DNA of 60,233 nt, filler included, from Globobulimina sp. (taxonomy: Eukaryota): assembly GCA_003354225.1 (NCBI GenBank). It is 13 parts of 13 records of this genome, joined end to end, with 100 filler letters (N's around TTAATTAATTAA, not from the genome) between each part and the next. Parts side by side here need not be neighbours in the genome. Positions count along the whole stretch, not along the records: positions 1 to 4,544 come from PIVH01001138.1; positions 4,645 to 9,188 come from PIVH01001139.1; positions 9,289 to 13,831 come from PIVH01001140.1; 10 more parts are not named here. One strand, 5' to 3'. The number at the start of each line of letters is the position of its first letter. The first letter of the stretch is position 1. Of this stretch, positions 1-10,341 are shown one piece after another. Under the pieces are notes generated by a model that saw nothing but the letters and a program-made list of their open reading frames with translations, had not been told where the DNA came from and searched no databases. The translations under genes were made by a program, and so were the position numbers.

Positions 1-527
1 TAATAATAATGAATGAATGAATAAATAGAAAAACCATCCAAAGACAGAGTAAAAGGATCTCGCGGATTACGTGGGAGAGGGAGAGGAAGAGGGAGAGGCA
101 GAAGAGGCGGACAAAGGAGGGGAAGGGGCGCCGGAAGAAGGAGACAATGATAAAAACAATTGATAAAACAAAACAACTCTCATTCATTGTATCTATCAAC
201 ACAGTCACAGTCATTCATTGTATTTAAGTAAATTAAGTTGTCGTGTCATTGCTTTTAACATATTATCAATTTCATGGTGAATATTTATTAATAAATGTAA
301 TATTTTGTTAGTTGCATAACTCTGGTATCGGATTTATACAACCAACCAAATCTTATATTTAATCAGTTTTTAATCTATAATGAAATAAGTACTTTAGGAT
401 TTGAAATCCTATGGAGATTTACATGCAGTGCAAGGATAATGTATACAATTTCAAAAGATAAGTGTTTCGAACAGGTCATATTCTAAAGTACTTAAAAAAC
501 GCTACTTGTGAACGAGTCTCCGTAATA

Positions 528-1751
528 ATGGGCAAATCTGTTTCCACCTCTTTAGAAGACGATGACGGAGGATTAATTCGGATAACACCAGGACGGACAC
601 CATCAGGGTCAACACCATCAAGGCCAACACCATCAAGGTCAACACCATCAGGACCAAAATTAAGTTTACAAGCTAAAGCACCACGTATACGTCGACAGCG
701 AACACGAGAACGGCCGCCATCATCAATATTCAAACCAAATCCATTCATTTTAGCATGTGGATATTTAAGAGATATTATTGCATTAAATGACATTCCAACA
801 AAAATTTGCATATTATGCAGCAATTATTATACACAAAAATATAACTCACTCAGTTTAGACTCAAATAATTCATTTAAAAAACAATTAATTATAAATAACA
901 TCGATGATTACTCATTTCATGATATATCAATGGGTCATAATACATTCATTGTGGGCTATACGCCGGTCATCAAACTATCATCCACTACAAATTTAAAAAT
1001 GGATTGGAATTCATCCATATATTTTGATAAAAAAATATTTTCAAATAAAAATAAAAATTGTACGGTGGTATTGACGGTATTTGGTGATATAAATATGGGT
1101 AAAAATACGCAATTATTATGTGGACATAATGGAAATATTTACATTCAATGTAACAATTTAATAATGAGAACGGGTTCGATTATAGCAACAACATCGGCTG
1201 ATAATGATAATGGTGATGCTAACAATGGACAGTTACATTTAGCATCAAAAACAAATTCAAAATCCGATTTAAAACGTTTTGGAAATATTTATATGGATAT
1301 AAAAAAATCATTGATTATGGATACAATGGCGACCATAAAGACAGGTAATATAAAAATTGTCTGTCAACAGGCAAAGATTGGAACGAAATCATCGATATCT
1401 GCATTACGCAAAAATGTAGAAATCAGTACAAAAAATGGTATAATTTGTGATGAGAATTTAAATAAAATATTTTATGCCAAAAATGAGAAAAAAATTGAGA
1501 ATAAAAATGAATTAAACAGTGATGTTTTAAAAATCAAAGCAAGAATAAAAGATAATGTTTCTTATAAATTAACAATGTTTGAAGGAGACGAGGATGAAGA
1601 ATTTGAGTGTTGTATTTGTTGGAATAACGAACCAAATATTATGATTAAACCATGTGGACATTCTACATTTTGTCAAGTTTGTATACTTGAATTAAATCCA
1701 AATGAATGTCCAATATGTCGGATTACCATAACTGGAACAAAAACATTTTAA
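528..1751 (+). CDS. C-terminal C3HC4 RING-finger protein (putative E3 ligase) with possible N-myristoylation
   Basis: CCICW...KPCGHSTFCQVC...CPICR RING motif; first ATG at 528 gives MGKSVS; TPS repeats near the N-terminus. Confidence 0.8.
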   Translation: MGKSVSTSLEDDDGGLIRITPGRTPSGSTPSRPTPSRSTPSGPKLSLQAKAPRIRRQRTRERPPSSIFKPNPFILACGYLRDIIALNDIPTKICILCSNYYTQKYNSLSLDSNNSFKKQLIINNIDDYSFHDISMGHNTFIVGYTPVIKLSSTTNLKMDWNSSIYFDKKIFSNKNKNCTVVLTVFGDINMGKNTQLLCGHNGNIYIQCNNLIMRTGSIIATTSADNDNGDANNGQLHLASKTNSKSDLKRFGNIYMDIKKSLIMDTMATIKTGNIKIVCQQAKIGTKSSISALRKNVEISTKNGIICDENLNKIFYAKNEKKIENKNELNSDVLKIKARIKDNVSYKLTMFEGDEDEEFECCICWNNEPNIMIKPCGHSTFCQVCILELNPNECPICRITITGTKTF

Positions 1752-2014
1752 GTTTATGGCTTTTTTTGTGTCTCTTGTATTTATGACTTAATTTATTTTT
1801 TATGTCAATAATTAATTAAACGATGAGTTCCGAGATAATCCGATCACTATAAAATTAGTGTCGGAGAAACAGCACAGAAACAATGGAAATAATTATTTCC
1901 TGAACATCTATCTAGTGGTAATTGAACACAATAACTTCAAAACACAATGCAAAAAAAAACGATTTTATTATAGAAAAAAGCCACTAAAACGCGAAAAGTA
2001 TCAAACAACAACAT

Positions 2015-2800
2015 TTATTGATAGGTTTCCCTTGCAATTGGTGGGTCAACAGGCACCTGATCCATATATGGCGGTGGAGCACTCGGATAATCATAGACTG
2101 CCTCAATATTATTGTTCATAGCACCTTCACCATTATCCACAACGTTTCTATTCAACGATTGATTTATTTTGTTCATGAATTTTTTAACATGCATTTGTTT
2201 TTGAATATGCATTCTGCTCAAATCATTTTCTGTGATAGTTAATATATCACCGATTGTTTCATATCCTTCTTTAATTAATATATCATAGTACTGATTCAAT
2301 CCAATTCCATTTAACCAATTAAATACAGCCATATTCTGTAGTGCCACTGCATTATTATTGTTATTCGCATATTGATATATCACTGGTATTGCCGCTATTG
2401 GCTGAGGCCTATTTAACGTATTTTGATTATTTGCAATTGCAGTATTCTCTGCTGCGTTATTCATAAAACGAGGATTTTGTACTTGCATTTTCTTGGATGA
2501 ACTGCATTTACAACATGCTAAACAAAGAAAGGGCAATGAATATCCAACAACGGGAACGAGCCAAACACCGAAAAGAAAATATGGAACTGATGGTACAGCA
2601 ATGAATGGTGTCGCAAATAGTGATTGGAAAATAAGGCAAATAAGTGTACATATTCCCCATTCTTTGGAAGAATAACATTGATGCCAAGCAGAATAGCATG
2701 TAGCCATGCCAGCAAATGCAAAAATACTCGTAAATACTCCCGCGCCAAAACCAATGGACAGAAATATAGTGGGATCTTCTATCTCTACAATTGGATCCAT
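2015..2800 (-). CDS. Membrane protein with SAM domain and C-terminal PPxY motif
   Basis: About three hydrophobic helices; WLNGIGLNQYYDILIKEGYETIGDILTITENDLSRMHI is SAM-like; PPPY near the end. Confidence 0.75.
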   Translation of the reverse strand: MDPIVEIEDPTIFLSIGFGAGVFTSIFAFAGMATCYSAWHQCYSSKEWGICTLICLIFQSLFATPFIAVPSVPYFLFGVWLVPVVGYSLPFLCLACCKCSSSKKMQVQNPRFMNNAAENTAIANNQNTLNRPQPIAAIPVIYQYANNNNNAVALQNMAVFNWLNGIGLNQYYDILIKEGYETIGDILTITENDLSRMHIQKQMHVKKFMNKINQSLNRNVVDNGEGAMNNNIEAVYDYPSAPPPYMDQVPVDPPIARETYQ

Positions 2801-3475
2801 TAACAAAATGTTTTTTTACTCGAGTCGGATCATCATTAACGTGTCCCATAGTCGGATCAGCACAACTTTAAACTAACAAATTATCTTACAATCAAATATA
2901 ACAAATACAAATGAATTATTCTTTAGCATTTATTGTGATCACTACATTTGCTATTCAATATTGCAATACCTCTGAATCTGATGAAAATGGCACAGAAATG
3001 GATGAAGTATCGGAATTCAGCATTACAAAGGAGATATGTTGCATCATTGGTGGCGAATTCATCATTACTGTCTGATCTGCATTGTATTTGCATGCAATCA
3101 AATCAACCTTTTGTTGTTAAAGCAATACAAATTATTATACAATATTTTTTACATTATAATATAGGAGGACTCATTCATGATACTATGGTGTTAATAATAT
3201 ACCACTCTACGCCATTCTGTGAGGTATAAAATATCGCAGTTTGTTTGCATGTAAACAAATTTTGCAAATGGATCCGGAAAACAATAAGTATAAATCCGGT
3301 GTTGTTGCGATAATAATAATAATAATAATATGTGATGATAGCTTAAAGAAAGCATATTATGAACAAGATTTGGGTTCAAATCCCAAACACCACTTTTATT
3401 ATTTTTATTTTATTCTAAAGCAGTTGATAAAAACAACAAAAATTCAAATGACACTTTTTTTTTTCTCATCTTCAT

Positions 3476-4544
3476 TTAAATTTTACATATTACTATTCGT
3501 GTTTCATTATATCCAGGATACATTTCAAGAATTTGTTCATCTGTATCAAAATAATTTGAATTAAATAATAAGGGTTTCTTAATATTTGATGGCGGATTGG
3601 CATCACGAACATGTAAACATCGATTATATTCATTATCTCCCCATAAATAATATTTGTTATCCGCTGTCTTAACAATATTATGATTCCCACCACATTTAAT
3701 ATCAATAATTGTTTCCTTTTTTAATGTTGCATTTGGTTGTGGTAAATATACAATTTCATCTGAACCATTACCACATTCATAATCCCCATTCCATCCAAAA
3801 CAATATACCTTATTTATTTATTTATTAAAATATATTTGTAAAAATAAGTAAACACAACACAAAAAGATCAAAACTTTGTTGTTTAATGATAGTAATATAT
3901 TATGTAAATAACCACAACATATTTTAGCAATTTTAATATTGTTTTGAATAAAATATTGTATTCTTGTTGGCAAATATCTATTATTATCATCGCCATGGCC
4001 TAAACTACCATATCCACCATGTCCCCACGACCAAACACCATAATTATCATCAATTGCTAAGGTATGCCAACATCCACAATATATATCCTTAAATTTTATT
4101 TTTATTTGAATTTCTTGAATATTTGGGGATGATTCAATATCTTCACCTAATCCTAAACCACCATAACCTCCATCATAACCAGCAACATATATTTTACCAT
4201 TTGTACTTAAAAATGTTGTATACCACTGAGCTGTGGCTACTTTTTGAATCGATAATGTTGTATTAATTGGTATCCATTTATTATTATATCTTTCATTTGT
4301 TTTTATACCAAATTGATTATTATAATTCCGTCCGACAGCATATAATTTATTCTCATTTGAAATACAAAATGAATGTCCTGATCCGCTTGGTGCTGCAAAT
4401 ATATTTTTTATTTTCATATCTTTTATTTGATGCCATATATTAATATTATTATAATGGCCAACACCTAATACACCCCTTCTATTATAACCGCAACATTCAT
4501 ATGTTTCATCATCAAATAAAATATATGCAGCTTCATAACAAGTA
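3476..4544 (-). CDS. RCC1-repeat protein, 5'-partial, one intron (3874-3809)
   Basis: CGCWHTLAI, VWSWGHGGYGSLGHG and CGYLHNILL repeats; splicing the GT..AG intron restores NNK|VYCFGWNGDYECG and the frame stays open to a stop at 3476. Confidence 0.85.
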
Positions 4545-4644
4545 NNNNNNNNNNNNNNNNNNNNNNNNNNNNNNNNNNNNNNNNNNNNTTAATTAATTAA
4601 NNNNNNNNNNNNNNNNNNNNNNNNNNNNNNNNNNNNNNNNNNNN

Positions 4645-5592
4645 AACGATGTCCACCGATCCCTCCCTCGCCGCTGTCTCTCTTTCTTTTTCTTCGGTTT
4701 TATCATGGTTCGAATTTGCATCACTTTCATGTGAATTTGTGGTGTCATTTTCTTTTAACTCCGCGATTAATTTATTCGGATTTAAAATCGCTTCTTTGTA
4801 TGCATCAAAAGTGTCGACGCTGTTGACACTTTCTTGTAATTTCGCGATCCAATCACCTAAACCTTTCCAATTGATATCAAATGTGTTGATTTTATATTGA
4901 ACTTTGGTTTTATGTAAACCAAAATCAATCCCTTCATACATCTCGAGAGCCGGAGTGTTGTTGATGGTAATCTTTCGATCACCAGTTTTGATCCATTTGT
5001 TCCACGATTTAATTGCAATGCGTGCAACGAATGATGCTAAATCAATAAATTCCGTAATCCCCGTCGGATTTGGATGGGATGATGTTCCTTTCAGGGTTTT
5101 TAATAACGTGTCAATTAAATTAAGCGTTGGATAATCAAGATTTTCTTCGAGATATACGGCTAATTTGGCGTCAAAAACGTTGAGAACGTTTGCTTTGACC
5201 ATTTTAATCATGTCCCAGCATTTAATTTGTCCCATTTCTGGAACCACTCTGCCATTCGCATCCGTTTGCGTCCATAGTGGATCTCCCGGGTCTTCCACGA
5301 TTAACGTTCCCTGCACACATTCGCGTAATGTTTTGTAATCCGTGGGATTGCCCCCTGTCACGATTTTGTATGCGATTCTTTCAATTTGATCTTCAGTTTT
5401 CTTGAATTCATTGAATTTGATTAGCAATTCAATGTCATCATAAAATTCTAAGAGTGCATCATAAATACTTGTGTTTGGCTCAGCTTGTCCTGGAGCGTGA
5501 GGCAAACGAATAGACGATACAATACTATTTGCGATCAATCTTTTCATATTGGTGCTTCGTAAGGCATTGCCAATATTGATTGATACCGACAT
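4645..5592 (-). CDS. Hypothetical protein, 3'-partial; possibly the gag-like ORF1 of the YR element
   Basis: Long intronless ORF from ATG 5592 running off the contig, 440 bp downstream of the YR gene on the same strand; no motif recognised. Confidence 0.5.
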
Positions 5593-6032
5593 CGATTACG
5601 GTTATAGTTGTTTAGCGTTTCTTGTCTAGACTGACTTCTTCTTGTTTGCTTATTGAAAAACGAAAACTTTTAAACTGATTCTAAAAAACTTGAAGATATT
5701 AAATATTAAAAACAACATAAGATATAACAATTAATTATAAACTCTCCCATAAAACCCTTGTTCCACGAATACAACATTGTGTTTTAACTCGAGATAAATT
5801 AATATGATTTAGTGAGAATGTGGGAAATGATAAGGATGCAATGGTAACTCGTATGGCAATGGTAACTCGTTATCGGTCGGGATAAATTTTTATTAAAATT
5901 TAATACAACATTGTTTTGGTTGTCAAAGAAAGAGAAACCAAAACAAAACATACAAACTTGACATAACTAATAACATACATTAACATACAAATAACTAACT
6001 TAATATAATAAAATATCCCTTCCGTGTAATCT

Positions 6033-7406
6033 TCATTTGTTTAATAATCCTAATTTTGTCTTATTATTATATTTATTAATAAAATAACTTTCTTCTTCTT
6101 CATCAAAGTCAAATTTATTACATATTTCAAATTTGGCAATGTATTTAGAATTGAAATAAATATGGCATAACTTTATCATTTCCCCTTCCGTGTAATTTAC
6201 ATAAATATAAAATGAATCCTTCAAAAACCATCTGCCAACCCATGCTATTAACCCTCTATCTACTCCACAACGAGTTAATTGTGACGCAAATCCTTTGCGT
6301 AAACCATGTGGTTTTCCTAAACGAGTTGCTTGAAAATAGCCAACATAATCAATTAATTTTCGATATATATTACGAAATTTATCTGTGGTCATAGGTACTT
6401 TTTTGTGTTGAAATAAGAAAGATTTCTTATTCCATGAATAATACTTTGAAAATTTCTTTGATAATATAGATAGTGTATGATATAAATCAAATAACATAAG
6501 AACTGGATCAATTGAATGATTTGATCTGCCCAATATAACAAACGCTGAGTGTCCTGTATTGCGCATTTTGCTGTTTTGTATATTCAATTGTATACTGTGT
6601 AAAGTGTGGGAATTAAGCGATTTGTTGTCAGGAATAATTGTAACTTCTCCTGAAATTGATACAATTCGATGAAAAATAGTAATATCACATTTGCGAATAC
6701 CGTATGAGTTGTTTTTCTTGTCAATGGGATGGAATACTTCTCCAATTCGCATACCTGAGACCGCCATGATATTAACTGCAGTCAATGACATTCTTATTGG
6801 CATACAAATTTTGTAAAATAAAATTTCTTCCTTCACAATGAGAAAAAATGCTGATTTTTGTCGGAAAATAATGGAATTTTGATCTGATTTGCTGTACAGT
6901 AAATCCTTTGTGACTTTGTTATTGAATCGAATCAAATGTTGTTTCGTGAATGGTAATGCTGCATTATTTGGATCGGATTTATTCTGTTTCTTACAATGAC
7001 TGATTACACTCATTAAAGCCGGATTTTCTGACCACGAAGTTGGAGTTAATGCTAATTTATTGTAATGATCAATTGCTGCTAATTTATATCTGATGGTGCT
7101 GTAACAATTTGGTTTAATCAAAATCATGGCCCAATGAACTATACAAACAATTAAATTGATATCCGGTGTCGGGAAAGTTAATATTTCTGATTTGGAAAAT
7201 CCTAAATTTGTTAAAGTATTGCAATAAATATAAAAATTCGATTGATATGTCTCTGATGTTGATAATTTTATGCCTCTTTCTAATGATTTGTTGTATCCAA
7301 TGGCATGAAGAGGTAAACGATCCCAAATTTGATGATTGTATATATTGTTTCTAAAACGACCTAAAATAATATAAATGTAATGTTTTGTGAAATAAATGAA
7401 CAACAA
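6033..7406 (-). CDS. Tyrosine recombinase (start uncertain)
   Basis: Catalytic set SGMRIGE (R), SKM (K), HGLRKG (HxxR), GRW (W), SFYIY (Y). Confidence 0.85.
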   Translation of the reverse strand: MLFIYFTKHYIYIILGRFRNNIYNHQIWDRLPLHAIGYNKSLERGIKLSTSETYQSNFYIYCNTLTNLGFSKSEILTFPTPDINLIVCIVHWAMILIKPNCYSTIRYKLAAIDHYNKLALTPTSWSENPALMSVISHCKKQNKSDPNNAALPFTKQHLIRFNNKVTKDLLYSKSDQNSIIFRQKSAFFLIVKEEILFYKICMPIRMSLTAVNIMAVSGMRIGEVFHPIDKKNNSYGIRKCDITIFHRIVSISGEVTIIPDNKSLNSHTLHSIQLNIQNSKMRNTGHSAFVILGRSNHSIDPVLMLFDLYHTLSILSKKFSKYYSWNKKSFLFQHKKVPMTTDKFRNIYRKLIDYVGYFQATRLGKPHGLRKGFASQLTRCGVDRGLIAWVGRWFLKDSFYIYVNYTEGEMIKLCHIYFNSKYIAKFEICNKFDFDEEEESYFINKYNNKTKLGLLNK

Positions 7407-7437
7407 ATTGATATAATTACATGTGACTCGAATTGAA

Positions 7438-9188
7438 TTATAATAATGACAAATCAGGATATTTAAATGGTGTTGGTTTGTTATCTATGTTTATGTTTGA
7501 ATGATGACAAAATTGTATAAAATCTTCAATGTCAAATCGTGATAATGCATCAGATAACGTGTTATCATTTGATTTAATATAAACTATCTTGGCTTTGATG
7601 TTATATTCAAAGCAAAACCAACATGTCCATCGAACACAATCCATTAAGAATATGTCATTCGTGTTTTTACTGATAAACACACCTTCACATGTTTTGTTAT
7701 CGCATCTTATAATTAATGAGCAGCCCTCAATGAAATCTGATTTGAAAGTATTTAATGCTGCGATGATAGCTAATGCTTCAAAGTGTGCTATGTGTTGCTG
7801 TTGGGAGTGAATAATCATCTTATTTTCATCTAAGAACTTATGATAAAAATCTAAATAAGCACTTGGGACTTGGTCAAAAGCCCACTTTCCTTCAAAAAAT
7901 GCACCAATACCTGGCTGCCAATATGGTTTTTCACCATTTGTCGCACCATCCGTATACAATAAGAATTCTTTCTTATTGAACGTTCCAACGACATCATAGA
8001 CACTCACTCTGTCACATTTATATGCGTATAATACCCAGAATTTGGCATCTTTGATATCATTGTTGTCAAAGTTAATTAAATGCGCATCTTCTCCATATTT
8101 CTGTTTATGTAAAGTTAATTTCATTCGAAAGCGACGTAGAAAAGCTGTGCCAGGCCACATTAAGGCAGCCATCCATGTTAATGATCCTAATAAGGATTCA
8201 AATTTATCACTCATCAGCATGCGGTAACAAATAATTATAATGAGCAATAATAATACTTTTTTCTTTTTGATTGGACCAGGTCCCACTGTCATGTCTGAAG
8301 AATCATAAATCAATCCACAGATTTCCATGATCCATGACAATAATTTTCTTTTTTTCAACTTTCTCAATGTATCCGCACGATTGTAAGAATTGAAAAAATA
8401 AGTTCATAATATCTGTCTCTCTCTGTCTGTTTGAAGTAGTGTCAGATTTGATGAATCCAACGTGATCATCAATATATACTGCATTTAATATTGATTCATT
8501 GGGTAATAAAAACGATTTGATCCATACTTGAAATGCTGCAATGAGCGTTTCTCCAAATTCTTGTGTGTGTTTGGATGCAGATTTGGATCCATATATATCG
8601 CGAGTATCACAGAAATAAATGTCAAAGAATTTATATCCCATAAATCGCCAATCTTCTTTGGCTATACCTAACTGACGGAATGCATCACTTCCGTCAGTCT
8701 TAAACATTAAGCAAAATGGACCTGCTCTAATCATAAAATTGCAGAATGATTTGCAAAGAGGGACATTCATTTTGTAGTTAATGGGAGGCGTTAATTCATT
8801 GATATTGTATGTCCAGTACGAGGAATATGATGCATGTCTACATATTCTCGCTTTACTGTGACGTTGAGTCCATAATGTAAGGGGTCCTCCAGTTGCTTTG
8901 TCGACTGCTACAATCTGAATAAAATTCTCAATAAATGAATTATGGCCTAAAAGTATACAAGCTGGGCCTACTTGACCTGCTTCAATGGCCGCTGCAAAGT
9001 TTGCGCCGATCTCAATCATTTCTAAAATTGTGAAATCTTTCATGATTTTGACCTGTTTATTCATTGGGAGACCATTGGGATTAATGCCAAGTTTCCATCC
9101 ATGTTTTACATTTTGAGTGATTTGATAGGTAAGATTTCTTAATTTGCGATTATTGCGCGGAATATGATTGTATAATTGATTGAAACTC
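7438..9188 (-). CDS. DIRS-type reverse transcriptase-RNase H, 5'-partial, with a +1 frame break near 8350
   Basis: KTDGSDAFRQL, YGSKSAS and YIDD in 8303-9188; LYTDGA, HIAHFEALA, RCDN and NTLSDALSR in 7438-8367; the frames meet at an A7 run. Confidence 0.85.
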
Positions 9189-9291
9189 NNNNNNNNNNNN
9201 NNNNNNNNNNNNNNNNNNNNNNNNNNNNNNNNTTAATTAATTAANNNNNNNNNNNNNNNNNNNNNNNNNNNNNNNNNNNNNNNNNNNNTTA

Positions 9292-10104
9292 ATGAATGAA
9301 TTTGGAGCAAAGGAAAAGGCTGCGATTAAGACACAAAATAATTTGAGGAATATACAGAAAAAACAAGCGAATGAATTAAATGATCAAAATAAAGAAATAA
9401 AAAAATTAAAAGAAATAATCAAAGCAAAGGAGAATGAAATAAATCAACAAATATTACTAATAAATGAAAAGAATAAAAAAGAAGAAGAAAAGAAAGAAAA
9501 TGAATTTGATTCAAAATCAATATTAAATGAAATAAATATATTGAAAGGGAATAATCATTGCATTGTTGATTTAAAAAATTCAATATTTACTACAAAAGGG
9601 GCAGTCAGTGGCAATACCTATGTAATATTAGAAATTCCGTGGTCAAAAGATACAAATGGAGGAATTCATGAGTTTAAATTAAAATGTTTACAAAGTGCAA
9701 CAAATTGTATATCCATTGGTATGGTAACAAATAGCAAAGCAAAAACTGAGAGTAGTAAATGGTTATTTAATGAAAAGGAATGTGGATTATCATACCAATT
9801 ATATGTTGGAGATAATTACACTGCAATCCGTCATCATCAAAATGGCAAACAAGAATATGGAGAGAAAGTTACCAAAAAAAGAAAATGGTTTTCTTTGAAG
9901 TATAACAGTTATCAAGCAAATGAGACAATGAGTCTGAGAGTAGATTTTAATAAATTGGAGTTATCATTTTTTATTAATTCATATAAAATGGGTACTATTA
10001 AAATTAAATCAAATACATATTATCCTGCTGTTGCATATGGTGTTTGGAATACACATTTTAAGAAATATGGTGTATTACAAATTAAAGTGTTGCGTTTAGA
10101 TTAA
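9292..10104 (+). CDS. Coiled-coil plus SPRY/B30.2-like domain protein (likely 5'-partial)
   Basis: K/E/Q-rich coil followed by GIHEFKLK...ISIGMV...VDFNKLELSFFIN...YYPAV. Confidence 0.6.
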   Translation: MNEFGAKEKAAIKTQNNLRNIQKKQANELNDQNKEIKKLKEIIKAKENEINQQILLINEKNKKEEEKKENEFDSKSILNEINILKGNNHCIVDLKNSIFTTKGAVSGNTYVILEIPWSKDTNGGIHEFKLKCLQSATNCISIGMVTNSKAKTESSKWLFNEKECGLSYQLYVGDNYTAIRHHQNGKQEYGEKVTKKRKWFSLKYNSYQANETMSLRVDFNKLELSFFINSYKMGTIKIKSNTYYPAVAYGVWNTHFKKYGVLQIKVLRLD

Positions 10105-10341
10105 ATATGTTTTTAGGATTTTTTCGTAGTGCAATGAAGTAGCTAAATACGCAATATCCAGGACCCACTGTGCATGAAAACAAATGGAGATCAATGCTGT
10201 CATTATTAACATGATAAAATGTGGTTATTTCATGTAATAATTTTATCACAAAATATAATCATAATCAGAGGAAGTCATAATCAGCACATTATGAGATTTT
10301 TGTACTCATAATCATAATCAGAGAAAGTAGCATCGATATCA

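Larger units (their letters stand above)
4645..9188 (-). mobile_element. DIRS/Ngaro-type tyrosine-recombinase retrotransposon (partial)
   Basis: Co-oriented RT, RNase H and tyrosine recombinase ORFs, the diagnostic arrangement of YR retrotransposons. Confidence 0.85.

Noticed and set aside
4589-4600. Recurrent TTAATTAATTAA palindrome about every 4.6 kb
   Set aside because: Artificial contig linker embedded in N-runs, not biological
7361-7420. Possible intron at the 5' end of the tyrosine recombinase
   Set aside because: A GT..AG pair exists, but the upstream exon would have no start codon before a stop; not supportable
10255-10328. Repeated ATAATCATAATCAGAG upstream of the F-box-like gene
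   Set aside because: Short low-complexity duplication with no independent evidence of function
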